Positions 1 through 12,200 of a stretch of DNA of 64,000 nucleotides are shown piece after piece (position 1 is the first letter of the stretch; every line of letters begins with the position of its first letter). This DNA is from Tubiluchus corallicola. Its lineage: Eukaryota > Animalia > Priapulida. The stretch lies in the NCBI GenBank assembly GCA_030141605.1, contig JAQGDQ010000083.1, forward strand, positions 628,181 through 692,180, written 5' to 3'. A model generated the notes under the pieces. That model made no database searches. It had not been told where the DNA came from and was given only the letters and a program-made list of their open reading frames with translations. The position numbers and the translations under genes were made by a program.

Positions 1-35
1 CCAAGTACATTGTCAGTGTTTATATATAAATTCAT

Positions 36-112
36 TTATTCATATAGTACTCTTTCCAGAATTTTTCCAAAACAATGAACAACAGATATAGGCCGGTAAT
101 TAACAGGTACCG
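36..112 (-). pseudogene. Non-LTR retrotransposon RT fragment (CR1/L2-like)
   Basis: Translates to VPVNYRPISVVHCFGKILERVLYE, containing the NYRPIS motif from the start of LINE RT domains; truncated by a microsatellite. Confidence 0.7.
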
Positions 113-185
113 TTGCTGCTGCTGCTGTTGTTGTTGCTGTTGCTGTTGCTGCTGCTGCTGCTACTACTACTACTACTACTACTAT

Positions 186-262
<77 letters not shown>
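113..262. repeat. Compound (GCT)n/(ACT)n microsatellite
   Basis: Directly visible; explains the poly-A/C/S/L ORFs. Confidence 0.97.
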
Positions 263-263
<1 letters not shown>

Positions 264-873
264 CATTTGGCGGCCTGATGCAACTGGACATGCTTGATCA
301 AAGTGATTGACTAGGCGACTGGAGACAGGTTACTGGCAGAAACTACCTACAATCACCAACATCACCACTACTGCCAGCGCCGTTAGAGGTCAGGGGACAT
401 TATTGGAATAAAAAGCATTTCATTATTAAATTAGTTTAATTATTAACAATATATTTATAAGTTCGCTGCATTTTGAACATGAAAATGAACGATTTTTATC
501 CACAAAGGTTTAACTGAATATTACAATTATTCTTACACGTGGCACACCAGTCTCTACACCACAGTCTTACAACGTTCTAGTATAAGATCCTCCCTCCTTT
601 GCATCAAGTATTAGCTCCAATTTTTGCCAGAACCCGGTGTGTTTACTTCTAAATTTATCTTCAAATGTAAACAAGATTGCATAATAATTTATAACGTAAA
701 CTGTTTATGTTAGAATGCCATTAAACAAGGCTGGTTCAAAGCTACGAAAATTTTTCTCAAGAGAACCCAAAACACTGCAAACTCCTTTAAGCAGACTACT
801 AAATTTGCAGAGCCCAAAACACTGCGAACACCCTTAAATTTGTGGATTATTACTTTGCAGAAATTATTACTTG

Positions 874-1032
<159 letters not shown>

Positions 1033-1034
<2 letters not shown>

Positions 1035-1820
1035 TAGCAAAGGCCACGCATAGTATTTTGCATATAAATTCACTATTAATCAGCAATGCGCGAACATTCT
1101 ACCTAGTGTTCGTTTATCTACCTAAAGCAAAGCCAGTAGCAGTTTTTACTGAATTAAAGTTATAAGTTTATAAGCAGAGTATAATGGATGACGTCAGAAC
1201 AATTGCTTTGCGACAGCAGTTTTCCAAGCGAAAATTGCCAAAAATGGAACATCTAATTAACTCGTCGCGACTTCTCTTGTTGGACGTGTCCTAAAATATA
1301 GCCTACACCATCGTGTAGCCCTGTTCTCCCTCTTTCTAAAGAGCAATATATCTCCTTTCAAGAGTCCCAATGAACGCCACTAGAACGTTTTTTCTACAGG
1401 CCGTTGGGCCAAAATTTCGAAAAAATAGGGAATTGGGTCCGGGAAAACGCCCGTCACGGGGCGTCGTGGCCCTACCCCGAATTCTAAGTAAGACTATAAC
1501 ACCCACCGTCTAACGGGCTATCTAACCATTACTGGCACCACCCCCGACACGTTCTCGTTCTCTAGAAATAAGAGGTATAAATTTTGCAAAAAATGGCCGA
1601 AAAATGGTCCCTGTTCCTCCCGGTGGGGCCGATTCCAAAAATAAGCCCCCATGTGCGAACCCTTGGGTGGAGACCTTTCATTTGACGTATAGATCGTCGA
1701 AAATGGTGCCGTCGTCGCAGCTGTAGCCTCGTCGGTTATATGTCCACCCATATATATATATACCAGCGAAATTAATATATAGACTAGCCAATCCCCGCAA
1801 AAAGAATTTTGCGCATAGTC
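1033..1820. mobile_element. Probable non-autonomous Helitron/Helentron-like (HINE-type) element
   Basis: GC-richer block starting TACTAGC and ending ATATAGACTAGC plus a hairpin CGCAAAA-AGAA-TTTTGCG; flanked by simple repeats; no TIR/TSD seen. Confidence 0.4.
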
Positions 1821-2090
1821 ACCACACCACCCACACCATACCACTCCACCACATCACACCACACTGGACCACTCCATACCACCTCACTGCACCACCCAAA
1901 AAAATCATACCACACCACCCACACCCTGCCACCAACACCACACACACATCATCAATACCACACATCGCCACCCAGACCACACTAAACCACACCCACCACA
2001 CCACTCACTCCACTCCACCAACACCCCACACACCCTACCATCCCATCCCACCACACCACACAACCCACACCACATCAAATCCACCACCTC
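1820..2090. repeat. (CAC/CCA)-rich low-complexity repeat
   Basis: Directly visible. Confidence 0.9.
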
Positions 2091-2840
2091 ACATGGTGAT
2101 CATGGTGTTGATGATGGTGGTGATGATGGCAACGATGACGACACCTATAGCAGCAGCTCCAACAGCACAGCATCACAACAAAACCATTCCAAACATTTTC
2201 CGCAAAGTCGAAACTGTGTGCTATAATACATGCTCTTTGTCTGTTTACCAATGATTAATAATGCGCGGACATAGTTTTGTTTGCTGCTTCTCAGATGATA
2301 ATAAGCTAACAGATGATACTGACATGTATAATCTATAACACTGTAGAACGGCGGGTGAAAACAATGCCTGGAACAGTCGCGAAAATTCTAAAACTCAAAG
2401 ACAATGGATGTTCCAACTAGCGTGCAGCACAGGGGGAGAAAATGAGCTCTACACTAAATTAACAGGATTTTCTTTATGATAAAGGGAAACATTCGGATAC
2501 GCACTACCATTTAATTTTAAAAGTAGCCCAGCCGTTTGGTACTGGATTCCAGTACCCAGCATAAAATGGCATAACTTATATCATGCAGTAATGTATAAAG
2601 CAAAATCAAAAATATACAGCCAAACATTTTTACAGTCAATACATTTTATTTTTATTTTTTATATTGTTGCGTAGTCCAAATAGAATTCTCAATAAGAAAT
2701 AGATTGTTTTGTTAAATGAGCAGTAAATATGCCATAATTCACAAAAAATTGTGTAAGACGGAAAAAATTATTAATTAATTAGACTTCACCAGCAACGATA
2801 GTATAAACAATGGACAGACAATCCATGGAGACAAATTTAA

Positions 2841-3262
2841 TCAGGCTCTGTAATTATGATGAATACAAATTGCGGTTAGCAGCGCCAAAGAAGCGATTGT
2901 CAGTTTAGATGCCAGATACCTTGCAAGATCACCGTTCAGCATCGCAAACACCCGCACAGGAGCACCTGAACCATCCCTGATGTTCATAGGTATGGCGAAT
3001 ACAGTGTAACCAGCAGGCGGTAACCGATCCAAGTTTGCCAGGAGATCTATTATTCCAATGCTGTTTTCTGCTTGAACAAGTTGATGCACTTGAACTGTTG
3101 GATCAACGCCAGGATCCAAAGCCAAATCAGATCCGAATAATTTGACGCGTCGATTTTCAATCAGCCATTTCACGGCTTCAACGTCAATTCCCGGCATGTG
3201 CCATTTTCCTTCATCATCCACGCCAAAGACTGCTCGGATGTCGTCGCCTCCTCTATGTCTTC
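2841..3262 (-). CDS. Cyclase-family (KynB/isatin hydrolase-like) protein, exon 2 (terminal)
   Basis: Acceptor ctctcgttctag|GA at 3264-3263, phase 1; reads (G)RHRGGDDIRAVFGVDDEGKWHMPGI...IPMNIRDGSGAPVRVFA (family C-terminal motif), then a hydrophobic tail LTIASLALLTAICI and TGA; AATAAA downstream at about 2645. Confidence 0.9.
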
Positions 3263-3762
3263 CTAGAACGAGAGTTTACTCGTGTAAAATGACTTGAAAG
3301 GTCTAAGTCAAATCAAGTTTTAAAGCAAAAGAACGAAAATCAAAATGCAATTGAATCGACCTAACCACACAGACCGACAGATGTCACTAGGAGAATTGTC
3401 TGCTGCTGCTGTGTCACTCTTTGCAGATAATGCCATTTTTGCTAATAAAATGTGAAATGGTAGAAATTGTTTTTTTTGTCATAAAGTGCATGATTGCTAC
3501 TCTTTTAAATAAACCTTGGCAAACTTGTGGGTTTACTCTGGAATTATTTACAGGAACCTACTGTAACAGGTTACAATAACAATTAAATCAAATGAAATCG
3601 ATTCGTAATCCAGTCAAATCAAATCAACGTTTAAATTTAAATCTCATGTTCGGATTATGTTTGTTTGTTTACAAAATGATACTGCTAAGTTCTGCAGGTT
3701 TAGTCGTTTACTGAGTAATTTATAACGGCAACCAATAGACCTGAAATTCTTGAAATTCTTAC

Positions 3763-4207
3763 CTGTGTTTAGGAAGAAAATACTCTTGTCTGGAATTCTT
3801 CCATAGGCTATTTCCCACTCGTTAATATCATCCATTGTTGCAACGTAATCATGATTTTCTTCACTCTTTGCTGATATGTCCAACATGACTCCATTTCCAA
3901 TGAGCTCGCTAAGAGGCATTTCTCCAATTGTTCTCTCACCGTCTTTCATATGTAGCGGTGCATCTAGATGTGTTCCTGTATGCTCAACTAGGCACATCTT
4001 ATTCGTCTGATAATAAACCCCGTGTTCATTTGTCTGTTTGTAATAGACGCTCATGTTAAACGGCGGATGCGAAACAAGCGGTATTTCTAACATCTGGTTG
4101 TGGTAGAGGCGCGTCAAGTCAATTATTTCTCCATGCTCATTTGCGTTAACGTGAACGTTAATAAACGCTGTAATAACGCCTACAATAAGAAAAAGTTTGA
4201 GATCCAT
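3763..4207 (-). CDS. Cyclase-family (KynB/isatin hydrolase-like) protein, exon 1; spliced product 288 aa with signal peptide
   Basis: GCCATGG start context, signal peptide MDLKLFLIVGVITAFINVHVNA, IIDLT, signature EHTGTHLDAPLH (HxGTHxDxPxH), donor ACAG|gtaaga at 3762; 445+422 nt = 289 codons in frame. Confidence 0.9.
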
Positions 4208-4321
4208 GGCAGAGACCAGCCAAGAATTTTCTTGATAGCAGACTCTGAATGGTCTAATTTTAACCGGGGCAACTGTTATCTTACAACTTGGGCCAAGGTT
4301 TGTTATTTACGATGCTTTTTG

Positions 4322-4327
4322 TTTATA
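4322..4327 (-). promoter_or_regulatory. Candidate TATA box of the cyclase gene
   Basis: TATAAA on the minus strand about 115 nt upstream of the ATG; weak evidence in AT-rich DNA. Confidence 0.3.
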
Positions 4328-4511
4328 CAAGCTGGCTTCACAGTTCATGGTTCAATTTACGCAACAGAACTTTTATAATTTTTTCATGTGCAACTGAAGT
4401 TTTGCAACGTTGGGTAAACAACTAGTAGCTTACGCGAGTATTCTAAATCAACAGCTGGATTAAAATGCAGGTCTTTCTAATTATTCCTTTTTAATTTTAT
4501 ATATAAATAAA

Positions 4512-4576
<65 letters not shown>

Positions 4577-5137
4577 TGTTGTTGTTATTATTATTACTAT
4601 TATATTATTATAATATAACATTTTTATATATACATATATTTTATTTATTGTATATCTTTTGTTCAGATAAAATGATTAATTGTTATGCGGACATTAATGC
4701 AAATTACTTCAATTTTTAACTTGCTCGTTCATTCGTTTCACTATTCATTGAGTCCATCTATCAAATCATTAAGTTAGACAATCAGTCAGTCATTCAGTCC
4801 ATCACTATCAGTCAATTAGTCATTAAATCAGGTAGTTAGTTGGACGGTTGGTTGGTCGGTTGGTTAATTAGTCGGCAGATTATTCTGGCGCTATCTGTTC
4901 TGTGTTTTTAACTTATTTCTAGACCTTAGTCTAGACTTCTCATGTTAATTGTTGATTGAGTACTTTGTCACTGAACACTGAAATCCTTGTACGTTGTATA
5001 GGCAGCTGAGAGAATCAGAATGTACTGAATGTGCTTATGTGTTCCCAGGCAAAAAAATGCAGTCGTCAATAATGGCGCCTAGATCATCTATGGTGCAGCA
5101 CCACTGTTTGCCACCATGACGTGTCACGATATATAAC

Positions 5138-5546
5138 CAGGGCCGTAGTCGGCTTTTGAAAAGTGGTCCGGCCACAGATACGGAACAGGTAGAAAAAGAA
5201 TACAGCAGCAACATATAGAAGAGTATATTATAATTTATAATACAGAGTTATAATATAATAGAGCACTACACATACTCAATGATGACATGATTGATTAAAA
5301 CTTCCCAAACACACATCTGCGCCGCTCATTTCTAGCAGTAAACTCGTTCGCAATTTCCTTCAGGTCGAGAGCGTCTGTTCTATCCATATGTACATGCAAA
5401 GTCATGAGATTGTTCAGTCTAGTTTGAGTCATCGTACTCCGCAAATAAGTTTTTACTCTACGCAGGGCTGAGAATGTCTAGGCACGTATGGCAGAAAAAG
5501 TGGTCCGGCCATGGCCGGACCGGCCGGACCGCCGACTACGGCCTTG
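5138..5546 (-). mobile_element. Internally deleted hAT transposon (Tip100/Zaphod/hAT5-like) retaining the transposase C-terminus
   Basis: TIRs CAGGGCCGTAGTCGGC / GCCGACTACGGCCTTG; 5295-5474(-) encodes FSALRRVKTYLRSTMTQTRLNNLMTLHVH...VFGKF* (hAT dimerisation region); flanked by ATAAC on both sides. Confidence 0.85.
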
Positions 5547-5599
5547 ATAACATATATACAAGTATCACTATATACTATACACACACACGCACATGCACA

Positions 5600-5624
5600 T
5601 GTCTCTCTCAGCTCTTTCTCTCTC

Positions 5625-5715
<91 letters not shown>
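5600..5715. repeat. (CT)n(AT)n microsatellite
   Basis: Directly visible. Confidence 0.95.
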
Positions 5716-5971
5716 GCTATATTAGTGTTAAAATAATAATTGATAATTCATGTGATTAACTTTTTTATATTATACAAGACTTTGTAATGCAAATATACAT
5801 TATCGCAATTGAAAATACAATAAAAGCATATCACTGTATCAACTGTTACGTGTAAATATTTAAATAATAGTGGTTTGAATCGCGAGAGAGAGAAGCGCGA
5901 AAACCCACAGTTTATGAAATTTATGCCTGCGGTCTGCTCAAAACTTCCTATTTCTGATTTGGGAATCTTAC

Positions 5972-6088
5972 CACATTGTATTTCGTCACTTCCGTCTTCG
6001 CAGTCTGATACTCCGTCGCATCTTAACATTTCTGAGTAGCATTTTTCTGCGTTTGCGCAGCTAAGGTAGCCATTTAAACAGTTCAGTT
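5972..6088 (-). CDS. LDL-receptor class A (LDLa) domain exon 2
   Basis: tttttttag|...G|gtaaga, 117 nt, phase 1-1; LNCLNGYLSCANAEKCYSEMLRCDGVSDCEDGSDEIQC has six Cys and the DCxDGSDE calcium motif. Confidence 0.9.
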
Positions 6089-6264
6089 CTAAAAAAATCC
6101 AAGAAATTATAATTCACGATTTTGTAATTCATAATTCATCAATTTTACTAAAATTATATAGATTATGTAAATTGTAAATTACACATCCAGATCTCTATGC
6201 AATTTTTTCACAGTTTTCTGTGCTACGTACTTCTTCGATAGCTGTGCTTAATTAATTAGGCCTA

Positions 6265-6816
6265 ATAGTTACAACACGAGTCTTGTGTAATTTACAATTG
6301 CGTATAAAGTTCACCACACCAACCGTCTAATGTTTAACAATGGTTAGTTGACACATCACATGACTCTTCGATTACTTAGCAATAGCTAACTGATAATTAA
6401 CTGCCACACATGTGACATTTGTATTTAGAGTTATGATCACTCGTGCATTCGGATATATAACAATGGTTTAATAGCTCATTGCTACCACATAAGTCTTCTA
6501 GTATTTAAATTGTCAGATAGCAGTACCACATGAATCATCTGGTATTTAGCAATAGTCAGGCTAACTAATAGTTACCACACAAGTCTTCCTGTGTTTAGCA
6601 ATGGTTAATCAATAGTTCCACAAAAGTCTTTTAAGGAATAAAAATGTGATTAAATCTCCTCTAATTTAGCAAATCTTCTAGTGTTTAGTAATAGTTCAAT
6701 AAGCATCACCACATATGTCTCTTGCTTCTTCTATTAGCAAATGTTTAACAAACTATGTGTCCTCAAGTTTTCTACAATTTAGCAACTGCTAACTAATAGC
6801 TACCACATGAGTCTTC
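6265..6816. repeat. Degenerate ~40-45 bp intronic minisatellite
   Basis: Recurring unit like AATAGTTACCACACAAGTCTTC..GTGTTTAGCAATGGTTAA; the last copy overlaps the LDLa exon end and its donor. Confidence 0.7.
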
Positions 6817-6929
6817 ATCGGAGCCGTCATCGCAGTTTACGTTGCCGTTGCACACAAGTGTTGACTCAATGCATTGTTCACCGTCCATACACATGAACTC
6901 ACCAACATCACAATCAATAGCAAGGACAA
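6804..6929 (-). CDS. LDL-receptor class A (LDLa) domain exon 1
   Basis: tttgtttatag|...G|gtagct, 126 nt, phase 1-1; VLAIDCDVGEFMCMDGEQCIESTLVCNGNVNCDDGSDEDSC; the leading VLA resembles the end of a signal peptide. The upstream exon was not identified. Confidence 0.9.
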
Positions 6930-8252
6930 CTATAAACAAAGACGAACTGGTTTATTATTCATTTACTGCGTAATAGTGCTAATTAATTTCAGTATGTGTA
7001 TATAAGTAAGTACTGCTGGATTCAGAATTAGATTGGCTGAGATGATGCGATATTAGAATTTGTTCGAAAACGAAACGCATCGCTTGGAGATGTGCCAAAT
7101 CAACAATAAAGATGAAGCGATCACTGATTTCACCGTGCTTTTGCAAAAATCAGTTTAAATTCATTTCGGAAAGTTGTATTATATAAGTCTTTAGGTTAAG
7201 TCAATATTGGGACCAATGAAGAGTTTTTATTCGTGTAGTCATGAATTTATATAATTATTATTACAATTTTGTTATTATTATTGTTAATAAATTCTCAAAA
7301 ACACTAAAACTTACTACAACTGGTGTTATTGCAAACTGCATTGAAATCTCATTACAAACTGTGAACAAACTCGAAATACTATAGCTGGTGAAAGCATAAG
7401 TAAGGTATAATAAAACAAATTAATTTGATGAGGGGCAATTGGTTTACAAAATTCATAAAAAGATAATACGAAATTCAATAATATGTTTTATTGATAATTA
7501 ACTATTGTTCTTGTTTCTTCCCTTTCTACACGATTCATTATGTAACATGGCTGATATTATTTAACAACGCAACATTATGTAACAAATCATAAAATTAGTC
7601 ATTATGTAACAGTCATCATCTAATACTTTTTGCGTGAATATGTAACAATCATTTAACGAAAAGTGATATACAGAAACTAACGTACGGTTGGTCAGCTGGC
7701 TAGATGCTGCTGTCAGACGAAACCCGTTGACAGATCAGGACACAGACAGACTAGACAATGTCTGAGCCTGACGCAAATCTACAAAAAAGCAGAAATAAAC
7801 CGACAATCTAATGATTATGCCGTAATCTAGAACGTGGCAAGACTCAAACAGTGACACGACGTTAGCTTGATACATTACGATTATTACTTAATGACGAAAT
7901 TTGTACATAATGACGAATTTTGTGAATTGTTGCATATTGCCGCGTGGTAAACCCCTTTGTTAAATAATGAATCTTAATAACGTAATCACTGATTACTATC
8001 AGTCTCTTATAAAACTTCCATAAAAGATGGAAGACTAAAGAATATTGCGCGTATAAACTTTTTGATATCGGAAAAGAAGGTTCAGAAGTGAGAAGTGGAG
8101 TCAATGAGAAAGACCCAAGGTTTTAACACATTCCGCAAGCAGTTTGCAACGAATTTTTAGCAATTTTTCTGATGATCAATTACACAACAGCACAACACAT
8201 AGCTTGGTGAGTCGCCGACTTTTTGAGTGATAACGTATGAGTGATACAAACA

Positions 8253-8530
8253 GAAAAACAAGATATACATACAATTTCAATTTTGAATTATAGTGGCACT
8301 GCAGACAGACAAAACAATTTCTGATAAAACAAATGTTGTGAAATCGCTCCTGCAGTTATTTTAGTTATTTAAATGAAGAGTTTAAATATTAGTATTTACA
8401 ATACATTGTCACTCATCTGGCCTGATTTTCAATGATATGATCTTTACATAGTATATTGTTCATCATGTCTTAAAAACGTTTTTTGAACATAATCAATAAA
8501 TGCCTTAGTTACTTCTAAATCATTACTTCT
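8253..8530 (-). mobile_element. LINE 3'-end fragment (second copy at about 20543-20812)
   Basis: Two diverged copies in the window; minus strand reads ..DLEVTKAFIDYVQKTF.., similar to the LINE C-terminus at 25270-25790. Confidence 0.6.
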
Positions 8531-8869
8531 CTTCGACAACATGTTTCACACCGAAGCAAAGACATTAGACTCTCAAGTAGTGGGCTCTGATCTCAGATAT
8601 TCCATGACATACATGGGTATGATGTAGTCAGCATGTAACGTTCTCTTTGTGTGACTTTCTTTTGAAATCATCTATTAATCAAAAAAACACTATTACTGCT
8701 ACACCGTTCCACTTAATTTTGCTGGCACGAGTTTATTGGGTACGAATGCGTATCGATTACATTTGATCTCTTTCGAAGCTTAGCATTTCTTATACTATTA
8801 TACTGGGAATATACGAAAAATTCGCTTCACTGACTACACCACACAAGACTGAATATATTAGCTAGCTGA

Positions 8870-9271
8870 CAGACAAACAGATTGACTGACTGACAAACTA
8901 GCTGGCTATTTGACTGACTTGACTACCTGACTTATTGACTGATTGACTGACTGTTTGATTAACTTTCTAATTCATTGACTGCCTGGCTGCCTGGATGCCT
9001 GCCTGCCTGACTGACTGACTGACTGGCTGACTGACTGACTGCCTGACTGACTGACTGACTGACTGGCTGGCTGGCTGACTGACTGACTGACTGACTGCCT
9101 GACTAACTGACTGACTGACTGACTGACTGACTGACTGACTGACTGACTGACTGACTGACTGACTGACTGACTGACTGACTGACTGACTGACTGACTGACT
9201 GACTGACTGACTGACTGACTGACTGACTGACTGACTGACTGACTGACTGAATATATATATATATATATATA
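8870..9271. repeat. (GACT)n microsatellite followed by (AT)n
   Basis: Directly visible. Confidence 0.97.
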
Positions 9272-12200
9272 TTCTGCTTTAGTTGATCGCAAGCATGATT
9301 GCAACGGAACGATCGATAAACGTCCAATAGCAGTCGTGTGGGCATTATTGTGCATAATTATAAATTCCAACTAAATGGAGTGCTGTTCAAAATATGTATA
9401 ATAATGACAATTGTTGGCAATACTTTGCATACCAGTAAGTCTTACTAACGTTTACCACTCTACAGAGAATACTTTAAAATGTCATGAACCTGGAGTACAC
9501 TACCTCCAAGAGCCTCATTTATGTACATCTGTTTCAACATAATAGAAACTGAAGCGGTGTGACTTTCCACTACCTTCCCGGATGCGTTTACACAGCAGCT
9601 CACATCATACATTTAATAGTGAGCAGTACATTTCTTCATAATAAACATGGAGTGAGTGCTTAATATCAATGACTGCTAATGGTGTTAATTTTTTGTGTGC
9701 TCAAGTAGCTATGTTAGAATGACGGTAGGTTGAACTAGGTTCTTATATTGTAATAAATGACATAGAAATTAAAAACCATAAAACAGCTAGATTGTTAGTT
9801 AGAAATATATATATATATATATATATATAAGTAAGTAACCAATTTGTTGTCATTATAGCATAATATATACAAAGAAATTTATGTAGCTTATGTACTGCAA
9901 TATCAAAGAGATTAACACAAATAAGTCAATCAGTTGTGCAGTGACATACAGAATTGAAGGAAAGAACAAGTCACTCAGTATGTGTGCGTTTATTTTACTG
10001 CTATCACTGAAACTTGGAAGAATATAACAAAGAAATTTGCAAAGAACTTTCTCTAAAGCACAAATCTAAAATATACTGCCTCTAAATAGAAATTTCTTGA
10101 CTTTCGTGAACTTCGTGGCTTTTCGTAAGCGCATCGTGTCGTTTCGTAAGCGCGCGTTGCTTAAACTAATTCAAACTTCTGCAGTTTACCTAAAATTCAC
10201 GCAAAAATGTTACAAAGTTAGCTATCTACATGTTTTTGTAAAGACTTATTATTCTTTTGACGAAGATTGACAGGGCGCTACTTTTCCTCAAGTCGAATGA
10301 CGTCCATGGAAAAAGCCTGAATGGGCATTGAAAATAGGAGCGCCCAAGCATGAAGTGATCGAATTTTAAAGTGATTTTACTAATTAAACGAGGGGCTTGT
10401 TACAGCTTTATTACTAAATCCTTGTAACATTTCTTGCAAACGTTGCAATAAGCCTAACCGCTTAGAAGGCTTGGCTTAGCTTTTCCTTTACTGAAATTTA
10501 CTGTTGATGGTGCGAATTGCAACGGGATAGAAAGAATTTAACGTTTTTGTGGTTTCAACGCTAATTGAGCGTCATCTACCATCAGAGGGGAGCATTTCGA
10601 ATTATTTATTACCTGGATGAAATTCCTCTTTCATGATAACTTGCGCCCTCTTTCTACATAAAATATAGAAATACAAACTAACGCAGCACCTACCACCATG
10701 GAGGTTTTGATTACACAAAAAAAATGTCAGAAAATTAAATGACGATGACGATTCTGGTGTTATATGTGGAAAAACATTTAAGCTGTTTTCAGGGAGTTTT
10801 TCAAATTCTCCTCTTCTAATTCAAGGTTTTCATCTTATAGAAACAACCACCTCAGCTTTTTAATAGCAGTCGTGGAACGCAAACGAATGCCGAATCCTGT
10901 TAAAAGAGCTAAGCAGCAAAATCTACATCAACTTATTTACGCTAAATCGCATTTTGTTGCCATGGATACGGTAAGGATTTATTGTAACAACTAATAACAA
11001 GTCAAATTACACGCTACTTTGTAAACTCGTGTATACGCAGCAGCTGTCAGGAGTGCATGTTTTTGTGGCAAAGTGCAAAAAGAGGTATATGAAGCTTACA
11101 TAAATATGTATATTGGGAATCAGTTGAGAACTTAAAGATCGACAAGCATAAGGTTTTACTTTTAGATCTGAAATACACATCAACATACGATTGCAAGTAG
11201 TGCAATTACACACTTGCGTTGTTTTTTAACTCGCCCCCCAGATGGCAGATAAGAAATTGCTCAGTCACCATAGTAACGCCAACTCTAGCAGTGAGCATTC
11301 CTGCAGTGTGATGTTAGAAGCTACAGCAAGACAATGAACATAGCGGCTGCGTGTTACAAACACCATGGCAACCTGTTGTTCCAGCTGAGCTGTGCATGAA
11401 ATTTTACACAATTTTTTTTACATTTGTCATTAGCGCACAAAAAGTTTATGTCCTGCATTTGTATAAATAACATATTCCGGTTAGATATTTCATTAGCTAT
11501 TTGAAGATGTTTGCCGTTTTTGTTTAAGTAGGCAAATAATTTAACTACTTGAGAAAAATCTGTCGGTACCCCATAAAAAACTGAACAAAAAAGTTTAAAA
11601 CACTTAATAAATTTACTGAAATCCCATAAATGATCTTGACACAAGAATGCGATCATTACAAAGCTTAAGAACCTCTTTCAATAGATCCGTTGGCTGTTTT
11701 TACCTGCAAGTACTCACTGTAACAAAATTAACGAATATTGTGTAAAAAGTGAAATTCCTCAATGGCCAGCAAGTTAATGAGGCACAACAATGAAACTTGT
11801 AATTGCACTGTTTGCAATCGCACGAGATTGAAATACGTCCAGGATGTTAGAGTTTCTTACCAGCTTCTTTAAGTTTTATACTTACATATAGCTGTCAATA
11901 AAAATGTAATTGGGCACAATAACGTTAGGCACTGTTAACTGAATGAAAATATTTCCGTGATTTTTAAATAAAGACCACAAAAACATGTTCTACGCGGAAA
12001 ATAAATGTCACAAGCGAAGCATAATTAAAGTTATTTACGTTTGAAGCCATTTACTGTCGCTAACTGGCGGCAGAGGGTGCTACGTTACACTAAACACTTA
12101 CTACTCCATGGAAGTCAGTTAATTGTAATAATTACACTAGCATCACCAAATGCAATTTAAAACCACATTACGCCTGTTGTATACATCGGCCAACCAGAAT

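Noticed and set aside
3644-3762. C-terminal extension of the 187-aa ORF (KNFKNFRSIG...)
   Set aside because: Intron read-through; family similarity resumes in exon 2 after the donor at 3762.
7315-10653. Candidate first or signal-peptide exons for the LDLa gene (about 7315-7358, 7681-7778, 10613-10653)
   Set aside because: Wrong phase, stops in all frames, or no signal-peptide character; none can be supported.
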